Shown: in pieces, positions 25,083-32,000 of the stretch
How the letters are laid out: every line of letters starts with the position of its first letter
Position numbering within the stretch: the first letter of the stretch is position 1
Sequence record: MW601223.1
Direction: 5' to 3' (one strand)
DNA length: 32,000 nt
Origin: Arthrobacter phage Prairie
Program-made: the position numbers and the translations under genes
Notes under the pieces: generated by a model
What the model was told of the DNA's origin: nothing
Databases searched by the model: none
Seen by the model: only the letters and a program-made list of their open reading frames with translations

Positions 25083-25822
25083 CGTATCAGGTATCGGTCC
25101 TGTCCTATCAGCGGCCCGAGCTCCTCGCGAAGCGGACCCTCCCGCTCCTCCTCGACGGCGGGGTCCCCGCGGACCGGATCACGGTATTCATCGGCGGGGA
25201 CAGGACGGGCTACCGGGTCCCGGCCGGGGTCTCGATCGAGCCCGCCCCGGTCGGCATGTATCGGGCGAGCAACGCTGTGACGGACTACTACGACGAGGGG
25301 ACCGAGCTGGTCCACCTCGACGACGATCTCAAATACCTCGTCCGGCTGTCCGAGGACGGGGCCAAGCGGGAGCGGGTCGAGGACGTCGACGACCTGTTCC
25401 TCCGCGCGTTTGCGTTTATCGCCCTCGAGCGGACGACCCTATGGGGCCTCAACCCTGTCGCAAACCCCTACTTCATGCGGCCCGAGTGGTCGAGCAAGCT
25501 GTGGTTTGTCGACGGGACGATCTGGGGGGCGATCAACACCAAGAAGATCCGCTCGACAATGACGGCCAAGGAGGACTACGAGCGGACGCTCCAACACTAC
25601 GGGCGCCGGGGGGCGGTCTCCCGGCTCCGGGATCACTCGTTCGTCTCCGAGCCGCTCCGGACGACCCCGGGCGGGATCCAAGGGGAGACCGAGGAGCGGA
25701 GGCGGTGGGAGGTCGACGCTGTCGCCTCGCTCAAGGCCCGCTGGCCGGGTCTCGTCCATGACAAGGCTCCCCGGGACGGCTACCCGGAGATCGCCCTCCG
25801 GGTCCCGAGGGGGTCCAAGTGA
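25079..25822 (+). CDS. glycosyltransferase, TET-associated type (GT-A-like), predicted to act on 5-hydroxymethyl base
   Basis: YQVSVLSYQRPELLAKRTLPLLLDGG...; TELVHLDDDLKYLVRL (DxD-like); WFVDGTIWGAINTKKI; overlaps dioxygenase gene. Confidence 0.82.
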   Translation: MTYQVSVLSYQRPELLAKRTLPLLLDGGVPADRITVFIGGDRTGYRVPAGVSIEPAPVGMYRASNAVTDYYDEGTELVHLDDDLKYLVRLSEDGAKRERVEDVDDLFLRAFAFIALERTTLWGLNPVANPYFMRPEWSSKLWFVDGTIWGAINTKKIRSTMTAKEDYERTLQHYGRRGAVSRLRDHSFVSEPLRTTPGGIQGETEERRRWEVDAVASLKARWPGLVHDKAPRDGYPEIALRVPRGSK

Positions 25823-26409
25823 AGCGGCGGGTCCTCGTCCTCGGGGCGCATTGCGACGACGCGGAGCTCGGGGCGGGGGGCCTCCTCCGGGAGTCGCGCC
25901 GGGCCGCGGTGTGGATCGCGTGCGGCCTCGACGGGAGGCGCAAGGAGGAGTCGCTGTCCGCGTCCAAGGTCCTCCGCCACGATATCTTTTGGGGCGACGT
26001 CCCGGACGGCGGGGCCCCGGACAACCTTGACAGGATGATCGCGCAGATCGAGGCGTGCGTCGACGTCGTCGGCCCGTCCCTCGTCGCGATCCCGCCGGAG
26101 GGCGACACCCATCAGGACCACCGCGCCGTCCGGGCCGCGGCCCTGTCCGCGCTCCGCCGGTCCCCGGTCTCGATCGTCGAGTATGAGTCCCCGTCGGCCC
26201 CGCCGGGCTGGGCGCCGGACTTCTACGTCCCGATCTCGTCCGAGGCGGTCGATACCGTCGAGCAAGTCCTCGGGCTGTACCAATCTCAGTCCCACGCCCC
26301 CTACCTCGAAGGCGGGCTCTACACGGCCCGGACGAGGGCGGCCGGGGTCCGGGTAGGGACGAGGTACGCCGAGCCCTACAAGGTGGTAAAGATCGTTTCC
26401 CCGGCCTAG
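25819..26409 (+). CDS. PIG-L/LmbE-like N-acetylglucosamine deacetylase
   Basis: VLVLGAHCDDAELGAGG (AHxDDxE..GG) and PPEGDTHQDHRAVRAAALSAL (HQDH); GTGA overlap with GT. Confidence 0.87.
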   Translation: MKRRVLVLGAHCDDAELGAGGLLRESRRAAVWIACGLDGRRKEESLSASKVLRHDIFWGDVPDGGAPDNLDRMIAQIEACVDVVGPSLVAIPPEGDTHQDHRAVRAAALSALRRSPVSIVEYESPSAPPGWAPDFYVPISSEAVDTVEQVLGLYQSQSHAPYLEGGLYTARTRAAGVRVGTRYAEPYKVVKIVSPA

Positions 26410-26417
26410 GTACGGCG

Positions 26418-26447
26418 GAGGCCCGGTCCCTGTCGGGGCCGGGCCTC
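26418..26447. terminator. bidirectional hairpin at convergent gene junction
   Basis: GAGGCCCGGTCCC-TGTC-GGGGCCGGGCCTC, 13 pairs with one non-Watson-Crick pair, between + strand stop 26409 and - strand stop 26451. Confidence 0.65.
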
Positions 26448-26450
26448 TCT

Positions 26451-26672
26451 CTATTTGCCGGGGATCCACTGCTCCCGGTCGACGTGCGGGGTCGGGAGTC
26501 CGTGGCGGTCCGCGTTGTGCCTGTCGGCCCATCCCTCGGCCTTGCTCCGGGTCGCTCGGATCCCGTCCTCGCAGGACTTGCACCACGCGACCCACGACCG
26601 GGCCCGGACCGGATCCCGCTCGACGGTCGCGATCTCGACGACCCGCGTCGTCCTCGTCGCCTCCTCGCTCAC
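26451..26672 (-). CDS. hypothetical CxxC protein (73 aa)
   Basis: GTG start; VVEIATVERDPVRARSWVAWCKSCEDGIRATRSKAEGWADRHNADRH. Confidence 0.65.
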   Translation of the reverse strand: MSEEATRTTRVVEIATVERDPVRARSWVAWCKSCEDGIRATRSKAEGWADRHNADRHGLPTPHVDREQWIPGK

Positions 26673-26932
26673 AGTCCGGCCCCGTCGATGATCCCGGCGA
26701 GGTGGTCCGCGTCGTTGCTCGGGATCCCGCCGAACTGGTGGAGGATCTCGGAGATCCTCTCCCGGCGGGGCCCCGGGGCCTCGTCCCCGCGGGATCCGAC
26801 GCACGTCGCCCGCGTCGTCCTCCCGTCGACAGCGGCCCCGACGACAGCCTTGGCGTACTCGACCGGATCGTCCCCGTCGTACTCGACTATCCACCCCGAG
26901 GGGCGGGCGGTCTCGAGTCTGTACTTGCTCAC
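26669..26932 (-). CDS. hypothetical protein (87 aa)
   Basis: Overlap chain; codon bias. Confidence 0.65.
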   Translation of the reverse strand: MSKYRLETARPSGWIVEYDGDDPVEYAKAVVGAAVDGRTTRATCVGSRGDEAPGPRRERISEILHQFGGIPSNDADHLAGIIDGAGL

Positions 26933-27168
26933 GCCTCGACCTCCTCGATGCGGATCCCGTATCCGGGGACGTGCTCGATCCGCTCCCGGCGGACCTCCGG
27001 GACGTAGGCGACCGGCTCGGCGAGCTCCCGGCGGATCGCCGCCCGGAGGTCCGCGGTCGGGACGAGCCCGTCATGGACGCCCGGGTCGAGCTCCTCCCGG
27101 TCGCACAGGTCGAGGACGGCGCGGACGGCGGCCTCGTATCGGTCCTCGCGGCTCGGCTCGTCGCTCAT
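26929..27168 (-). CDS. hypothetical protein (79 aa)
   Basis: MSDEPSREDRYEAAVRAVLDLCDREELDPG...; overlap chain. Confidence 0.65.
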   Translation of the reverse strand: MSDEPSREDRYEAAVRAVLDLCDREELDPGVHDGLVPTADLRAAIRRELAEPVAYVPEVRRERIEHVPGYGIRIEEVEA

Positions 27169-27410
27169 GCGGACGCCTCCCTCGCGGCGAGGGCCCGGTT
27201 CTCGCGGGCCTTGATCCACTCGGAGATCTCGTCCCCGTCCCACAAGGGGCTCTGCCCGACACGGCGGCGGGGCTCGGGGAGGTCGGTCGGCCGGGGGGCC
27301 CCGGCGCGGCGGTTAGCGACAGCTCGCTTTTGGTAGGTGCGGATGGTGTCCGCGGAGACCCCGACGAGGGCGGCGATCTCGTCGTAGGACAGCTCGGGGG
27401 CGGTACTCAT
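27165..27410 (-). CDS. MerR/excisionase-like HTH DNA-binding protein (81 aa)
   Basis: LSYDEIAALVGVSADTIRTYQKRAVANR...LPEPRRRVGQSPLWDGDEISEWIKAREN. Confidence 0.75.
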   Translation of the reverse strand: MSTAPELSYDEIAALVGVSADTIRTYQKRAVANRRAGAPRPTDLPEPRRRVGQSPLWDGDEISEWIKARENRALAAREASA

Positions 27411-27721
27411 GATTTTCCTTTCCGGCGCCGAGGCTCGGCGGCCAGCTTGTTCGCCCGGCGGAGGGCCGAGCGGATAGCGATCCCAAAGTCGTAGTGACGG
27501 CTGATGTGCTCGGACTCGTCCCGGTCCTCGGACAGCTCCCCGGCGACGACCCAATACAGGGTCCGAGCGTTGGGCCGGAGGCGCCTCCGGGGCGGCTGGT
27601 GCCGCCGGGGGGCGGGCCCGACCGATAGCGTAATCGGCCGGGCCCCGGGCCGAGGAGGGAGGACCCGGATCCGGAACCCCTCCTCGGCGATCTGCTCTCC
27701 AACGATCTCCCCGGGCCTCAC
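27407..27721 (-). CDS. hypothetical protein (104 aa)
   Basis: GTGA overlap with upstream gene; ...NARTLYWVVAGELSEDRDESEHISRHYDFGIAIRSALRRANKL. Confidence 0.6.
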   Translation of the reverse strand: MRPGEIVGEQIAEEGFRIRVLPPRPGARPITLSVGPAPRRHQPPRRRLRPNARTLYWVVAGELSEDRDESEHISRHYDFGIAIRSALRRANKLAAEPRRRKGKS

Positions 27722-28716
27722 GACAGGACGAGCTCCCGGGCGACCCGGAACGCGTTGTTCTTGAGGGTCGAGGCGGTGTCCCCGGTGAGGGTCCGGATCG
27801 CCCGGGCCTCCTCCTGATTGCGGGCGTGGGAGCCGAGGACGGCCGGGGCGAAGTGGTCGACGTACTCGGTCAGCGCTTGGTATCCGGCCCATACGGTCCC
27901 GCGGATATTGCGGTTGGTCGGGGCGTCGTGGAACAGGCCCTCGAGGGTCTCGAGGCGGGCCTCGTACTTGTTGCGGGTCCGGAGGGGGGCCTCCTCCGCC
28001 GGGGCCTCCCACAGCCGCTCCATCATGGCGACGAAACCGGCCTCGTCGAGGGAGGTCTGGATCATCCTCTCGGCCTCGAGCTCGAACGCGCTGTCGTACT
28101 TGAACGCGATCTCGAGGGCGTTGCGGGCCTCGGCGAGGATCCCGCGGGCCCCGGAGGTGTGGCGGACCGAGTAGGACGACGCCGCCCCCTTGAGGACCGC
28201 GCTCTGCTGGTTGGCGCAAAAGACGCGGACGTTGGTCGGGGCGATCTTGAAGCTCGAGGATCCGTCGTGGCTGTTGAACGCGACGAGGTAGCGCTCGATC
28301 GGATCGACCCCGCCGATCGTGATCGTGTTCGGCAGGAGGATGCTCATGAACACGCTCCGGCCCCCATACATTTCCGCGGCTGTCGCAAAGCGGGCCCCGC
28401 CCTCGTCGGCGATCGTATCGAGGAGCTCGACGTGCGCCTCGTTCTGGATCGGGACGTAGGTCCGGCCGACGACGCCGAGGGCCTCGGGCTCCCGGGTCTT
28501 GGGGTTGGTCCGGACGGTTGCGTAGTGTCCCTCGACGACGAGGGGGTTGACGAGCTCCCCGTCGTAGAGAGTCGCGGTCTCGAGGGGCCGCTTGTGGACG
28601 TTCCAGCCGGACAGGCCCGCGTGGGCCATAGCCTCGGCCGCGGACATTCCCTCCGGGATCTCCTTGCCGAGGACGTGGAGGGCGTCGGGGCGGGGGGCGG
28701 TGATCTGTGCGTTCAT
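27718..28716 (-). CDS. DUF932-like phage protein (332 aa)
   Basis: YATVRTNPKTREPEALGVVGRTYVPIQNEAHVELLDTIADEGGARFATAAEMYGGRSVFMSILLP...YLVAFNSHDGSSSFKIAPTNVRVFCANQ. Confidence 0.85.
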   Translation of the reverse strand: MNAQITAPRPDALHVLGKEIPEGMSAAEAMAHAGLSGWNVHKRPLETATLYDGELVNPLVVEGHYATVRTNPKTREPEALGVVGRTYVPIQNEAHVELLDTIADEGGARFATAAEMYGGRSVFMSILLPNTITIGGVDPIERYLVAFNSHDGSSSFKIAPTNVRVFCANQQSAVLKGAASSYSVRHTSGARGILAEARNALEIAFKYDSAFELEAERMIQTSLDEAGFVAMMERLWEAPAEEAPLRTRNKYEARLETLEGLFHDAPTNRNIRGTVWAGYQALTEYVDHFAPAVLGSHARNQEEARAIRTLTGDTASTLKNNAFRVARELVLS

Positions 28717-28730
28717 TGTGTCTGTCCTGT

Positions 28731-28970
28731 CTAGCGGTTTGCGAGTATGTTGTCGTTGATCCATCCGGCGGCGGCCTTGCGGAGCTTGCCCGCGGTGAGG
28801 ACGTATCCGGAGAGCTGTATCTCGGAGGTGGTGAAGTCCCCGATCCGGGTCCGGAGGCCCTCGGCGATCCGGTAGACCCGGATCCGGCCGCCGTACTGGA
28901 TGAACTCGAGGTCTTGCCATGTAGCGAGGGGCCGGGACTCGAGGGCGGAGGCGGTGATCCGGCGGCTCAC
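28731..28970 (-). CDS. hypothetical protein (79 aa)
   Basis: GTG start; overlap with upstream gene. Confidence 0.6.
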   Translation of the reverse strand: MSRRITASALESRPLATWQDLEFIQYGGRIRVYRIAEGLRTRIGDFTTSEIQLSGYVLTAGKLRKAAAGWINDNILANR

Positions 28971-29224
28971 AGTCCGGCCTCCGCGAGGAGGGCCTCGGAG
29001 GCCTCGAAGTCGTCGCCCTCGCCGGGATAGTGGACGACCTCGAGGGAGGCGACGTGGCGGAGGCTGTCCTGATCGATCAGGAACAGGACCGACGAGCCGC
29101 TCTGGCTCAGGGCCCAGTAGGCGGTCCCGGCCTCGAGGCGGGCCCGGACAGCGGCGACGAGCTTCTCGTCGGCGAGGTCGGATAGGCGGGAGGTGCAGTA
29201 GTCCGCGAAGGGATCGTTGCTCAT
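28967..29224 (-). CDS. hypothetical protein (85 aa)
   Basis: ATG with CCAAGGAG leader; codon bias. Confidence 0.7.
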   Translation of the reverse strand: MSNDPFADYCTSRLSDLADEKLVAAVRARLEAGTAYWALSQSGSSVLFLIDQDSLRHVASLEVVHYPGEGDDFEASEALLAEAGL

Positions 29225-29253
29225 TGTGTGGCTCCTTGGTCTAGCGGAGGGCT

Positions 29254-29291
29254 CGTCCCGACCGCTAGGACTAGCCTAGGCGGTCGGGACG
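29254..29291 (-). repeat. CTAG-centred bulged inverted repeat (same architecture as 17672..17711)
   Basis: - strand: CGTCCCGACCG-C-CTAG-GCTAGTC-CTAG-CGGTCGGGACG; overlaps TAGACA-N17-TAGGCT promoter-like boxes (29301..29273). Confidence 0.7.
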
Positions 29292-29298
29292 ACATTGT

Positions 29299-29826
29299 CT
29301 ATTTCGCGTCGAGGTCGGCGAGGCGGAGGATCGTCTCGCCCCCGGCGGGCTTGCCCTTGTAGAAGTCCTTCCGGATCAGCTCCGCGTCCCACAGGCCCCC
29401 CCGGGACCGGGAGACCGGGCCCGGGTTGCCCCGGACCCGCTTGACGTAGTCCTTGAAGTCCTTCTTGGCCGACGGGGCCCGGCGGACGTCCTTGAGCGGG
29501 ATCATGATCGGGCTGTCGCGGTAGAGGAACGTCGCCCGGATCTCGTACTCGGAGTGCCGGAGCGGGGCCGGGCGGTAGTCCGCCCCGCGGTTGGTGTAGA
29601 AAACGTGGACCCCGGCGGCCCTGTCCCGGGTCGGGTTGAGCTGGGCCTCGAGGTCGGCGGCGAGCTCGCGGGCCTTGTCCCGGTCGAGGAGGTGGTCCTC
29701 GAGGATCTCGTATGGTCCCTCGATCGCCTGAATGTTGAGGGGCCCGGCGTGGATCCCCGCGTAGCGTCCCTTGACGACCGTGTACTCCTTGACAACGGCC
29801 TTCTTCGCGGGCTTCTTCGTCTGCAT
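29299..29826 (-). CDS. hypothetical protein (175 aa)
   Basis: ATG with GACCAAGGAG leader; MQTKKPAKKAVVKEYTVVKGRYAGIHAG... Confidence 0.75.
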   Translation of the reverse strand: MQTKKPAKKAVVKEYTVVKGRYAGIHAGPLNIQAIEGPYEILEDHLLDRDKARELAADLEAQLNPTRDRAAGVHVFYTNRGADYRPAPLRHSEYEIRATFLYRDSPIMIPLKDVRRAPSAKKDFKDYVKRVRGNPGPVSRSRGGLWDAELIRKDFYKGKPAGGETILRLADLDAK

Positions 29827-29896
29827 TGTGTCTCCTTGGTCTAGTTGTCCGGCCCGGCGGTCCCGGGGCGGGAGAGGGGCCCTTCCGGGCCGGGGA

Positions 29897-29922
29897 GAGG
29901 GGGCCCCGGGCGGGGCCCCCTC
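29897..29922 (-). terminator. hairpin downstream of 29931 gene
   Basis: GAGGGGGCCCC-GGGC-GGGGCCCCCTC, 11 bp perfect. Confidence 0.55.
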
Positions 29923-29930
29923 GGTCGGGA

Positions 29931-30617
29931 TTACTTCTTGGTGATGTTGTAGTGCATCGACAGGCGGGTCTTCTTGGTCCCGTCCTCGAGGGTCCGGACG
30001 ATCCGGACGGTCTTGCCCTTCTCGGCGGATCCGGCGACGGTCCACTCGATCCCGTCCCGGGAGACGACGACGTCGCCGACCTTGTGCTCGCCCATGCCGC
30101 CCTTGACGGTCTCCTCGACGTCGGCCTCGGCCATGACGACCTTCTTGGCGGGCTTGCGGGTCCGGGCCTTCTTGGGGGCCGGGGTCTCGAGGACGACGGT
30201 CTCGGTCGGGTCGACCGGGGCGACGATCGTCTCGGTAGCGGCGGGGACCTCGACGAGCTCCTCGGCGGCGGGGGCCTCGGGGGCCTCCTCGACAGCGGCC
30301 TCGAGCTCGGCGAGCTCGGCGGCCTCGGCGGCCTCCTTGCGGGACAGCTTGACCTCGTTGCGGACCGGGAGGATCACGACGTGTCCGGCGAGCCCGCCGC
30401 GGTTGCGCTGGTCGAACGAGGCGAGCATCCCGGCCTCCTTGGTCTGGCTGTACTTGCGGGCGGCCTCGTCGGTGAGGTGCCAGCTCAGGACCTTCTGCGT
30501 CCCGTCGGTGTACTCGACGGCGGTGGCGGCGACGTAGTCGCGGTGGGTCGAGGTCTTGGTGACCTCGACGTCGCCCTCGGCGGTCCGGACGGTGACGGTG
30601 TTGATGTGCTTAGCCAT
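29931..30617 (-). CDS. hypothetical protein with Pro/Ala/Glu-rich linker and Lys/Arg patch (228 aa form)
   Basis: ATG at 30617 with GACCAAGGAG leader; MAKHINTVTVRTAEGDVEVTKTSTHRDYVAATAVEYTDGTQKVLSWHLT...; ORF is open in frame up to 31124. Confidence 0.75.
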   Translation of the reverse strand: MAKHINTVTVRTAEGDVEVTKTSTHRDYVAATAVEYTDGTQKVLSWHLTDEAARKYSQTKEAGMLASFDQRNRGGLAGHVVILPVRNEVKLSRKEAAEAAELAELEAAVEEAPEAPAAEELVEVPAATETIVAPVDPTETVVLETPAPKKARTRKPAKKVVMAEADVEETVKGGMGEHKVGDVVVSRDGIEWTVAGSAEKGKTVRIVRTLEDGTKKTRLSMHYNITKK

Positions 30618-31124
30618 TTTGTGCTCCTTGGTCGGTGTAGCTGTCCCGCCGGGCTCGTCCGCGGCGTTAGGACAACTGTATGACACCTTTTCCGAATTTA
30701 CAAACTCGACTTGCCCGGGCCCCGCGACAGCCTCGACGACGGCCGCGACGTAACCGAGTTTCTCGGCGATCTCCCGGCCTCGTTCGGCCCCGGCGAGATC
30801 CTCGTACCACCCGTAGGCGAACGGCTCTACGAGGGCCCCTTCTTCGGCCGCCCGGACCGCCCGGAGATCCTCGACCATAGCGACGGTCTCCGCGTCCCGG
30901 ATCGCGGCGACCCGGTTGGAGTCCTTGACCGAGGAGCGGAGCCCGGTCCGGCCGGACAGGATCGCGGCGGTCTCCCGGCGGTGCTCGGCGATCGAGGCCT
31001 CGAGCTGGGCGGCCCGGGCGGCGGCTGTCGTCGCGGCGACGACGGCGTAGCGGAGATCCCGGGACGAGGACCGGGACGCGGTCGATCCCCCGGGGAGGGC
31101 GGCGGTGAATGTCTGTCGTTGCAT
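29931..31124 (-). CDS. possible long in-frame form (397 aa) with a coding-like N-terminal extension
   Basis: No stop between 31124 and 29931; N-terminal part (31124..~30705) has phage-like codon bias. Confidence 0.45.
   Translation of the reverse strand: MQRQTFTAALPGGSTASRSSSRDLRYAVVAATTAAARAAQLEASIAEHRRETAAILSGRTGLRSSVKDSNRVAAIRDAETVAMVEDLRAVRAAEEGALVEPFAYGWYEDLAGAERGREIAEKLGYVAAVVEAVAGPGQVEFVNSEKVSYSCPNAADEPGGTATPTKEHKMAKHINTVTVRTAEGDVEVTKTSTHRDYVAATAVEYTDGTQKVLSWHLTDEAARKYSQTKEAGMLASFDQRNRGGLAGHVVILPVRNEVKLSRKEAAEAAELAELEAAVEEAPEAPAAEELVEVPAATETIVAPVDPTETVVLETPAPKKARTRKPAKKVVMAEADVEETVKGGMGEHKVGDVVVSRDGIEWTVAGSAEKGKTVRIVRTLEDGTKKTRLSMHYNITKK
30675..30703 (-). promoter_or_regulatory. putative promoter, third copy of shared motif
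   Basis: - strand TTGTAA (30703-30698) - 17 bp - TACAGT (30680-30675), inside TTTGTAAATT box. Confidence 0.6.
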
Positions 31125-31141
31125 GGCGGGCTCGGCTCCGA

Positions 31142-31226
31142 TCGGGCGAGACTCCGAGCGCTAGCGAGGAGTCTCTATCTCTAAGTTAAGAATTGTTTTA
31201 AGTTACTCCGCGCTTTACAGGGGGGG
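31142..31226 (-). repeat. copy 2 of inverted dispersed element
   Basis: - strand CCCCCCCTGTAAAGCGCGGAGTAACTTAAAACAATTCTTAACTTAGAGATAGAGACTCCTCGCTAGCGCTCGGAGTCTCGCCCGA matches 15038..15122. Confidence 0.75.
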
Positions 31227-31275
31227 CCCCTCCCCTCGATACCGAGGAGGGGGGCCCCTAAAACCGCGGAGGGGT

Positions 31276-31527
31276 CTAGCGGATCCGGTGGAGTCGGATC
31301 CGGGCCGAGGACTTGCCCGCGGAGGCGTAGTCCCGGTCGATCCTGTCGCCCTTGAGGGCCCACAGCTCGGGGCGGTCCTCGTCCCCCCGGTCGACGGCCC
31401 GGAGCTCGGCGGACAGGGCCCGCCGGGTCGCGTCGAGGACCTCCTCGTCGGTCGCATCCTCCGGGAAATTCATCCGGGCGCTCGCGGTGTTCTTTGTCAG
31501 GTTCGAGATCCAGCCGTTGATATCCAT
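31276..31527 (-). CDS. hypothetical protein (83 aa)
   Basis: ATG with GACCAAGGAG leader; MDINGWISNLTKNTASARMNFPEDATDEEVLDATRRALSAELRAVDRG. Confidence 0.7.
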   Translation of the reverse strand: MDINGWISNLTKNTASARMNFPEDATDEEVLDATRRALSAELRAVDRGDEDRPELWALKGDRIDRDYASAGKSSARIRLHRIR

Positions 31528-31586
31528 ATCGACTCCTTGGTCGGTTGAGGGGGAGGGGCGGGCCCGGCGGACCCGCCCCGGGGGGC

Positions 31587-32000
31587 CTACAGGCCCTCGA
31601 GGTAGGGGGCGACGTCGGTCGGGACGTAGAGGCGGGCCGGGTAGTCCGAGGGCGTCGAGATCGTCTCACCCCGGGTCGAGGAGATCAGGAGCCCGCCGTT
31701 GCGCTGATCCTCGCGGATCCCGGCGATCTTGATCCAGCGGACGATCGTGTTGGTCCCGCCGAGGGAGACTGTCTGCCCAACCTCGAGGTCGGCGACGGTG
31801 ACGACCTGTACCCGGGCCGCGAGGTAGGCCTCCTTGGCGGCCTTGGCTTTGCGGTCGACGACGACGACGCGCTCGCCGTTGCACTTGAAGCACCGGCCCG
31901 CGTCGACGGCGAGGTACTCCTCCATGCGCTCGCGTCCGGCGCAACGGGAGCAGGGGACGGCCGGGAAGCCGTACTTGTCGGTGGTCGGGGTCTCGCTCAT
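31587..32000 (-). CDS. hypothetical protein with N-terminal zinc ribbon (137 aa)
   Basis: MSETPTTDKYGFPAVPCSRCAGRERMEEYLAVDAGRCFKCNGERVVVVD; start codon exactly at window edge so upstream start cannot be excluded. Confidence 0.75.
   Translation of the reverse strand: MSETPTTDKYGFPAVPCSRCAGRERMEEYLAVDAGRCFKCNGERVVVVDRKAKAAKEAYLAARVQVVTVADLEVGQTVSLGGTNTIVRWIKIAGIREDQRNGGLLISSTRGETISTPSDYPARLYVPTDVAPYLEGL

Noticed and set aside
29826-30683. 285-aa + strand ORF
   Set aside because: Gly/Leu/Asp-rich mirror of the - strand gene beginning at 30617 or 31124

Overview
High-GC (about two-thirds G+C) actinobacteriophage-like genome segment, most likely from a contractile-tailed phage (inference from gp25-like, baseplate J-like and tail protein I-like genes). 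Left part, + strand: partial CHAP-like lysin, tail fibre genes with HxH repeats (one with an S74-type chaperone tail), a lysis cluster (CHAP+SH3-like endolysin with several membrane proteins), baseplate genes and tandem collagen-like/alanine-rich fibre genes. Middle, + strand: YqaJ-like exonuclease, RecT, SSB, winged-helix replication initiator, putative helicase loader, RusA-like resolvase and many small accessory ORFs. About 22.3-26.4 kb: an apparent DNA hypermodification block with a ParB-like protein, a TET/JBP-like 2OG-Fe(II) dioxygenase, a TET-associated-type glycosyltransferase and a PIG-L/LmbE-like deacetylase, closed by a hairpin at a convergent junction. Right part, - strand: small genes and a DUF932-like protein. 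The main non-coding observations are: (1) an ~84 bp element inside the initiator gene repeated inverted about 16 kb away in the largest right-arm gap, with a hairpin preserved by a compensatory change; (2) a promoter-like motif TTTGTAAATT-N14-TA(G/C)AGT at three loci; (3) CTAG-centred inverted repeats whose arms differ in sequence but keep pairing; (4) a shared GACCAAGGAG leader. All identities come from reading the sequence; no database search was run.
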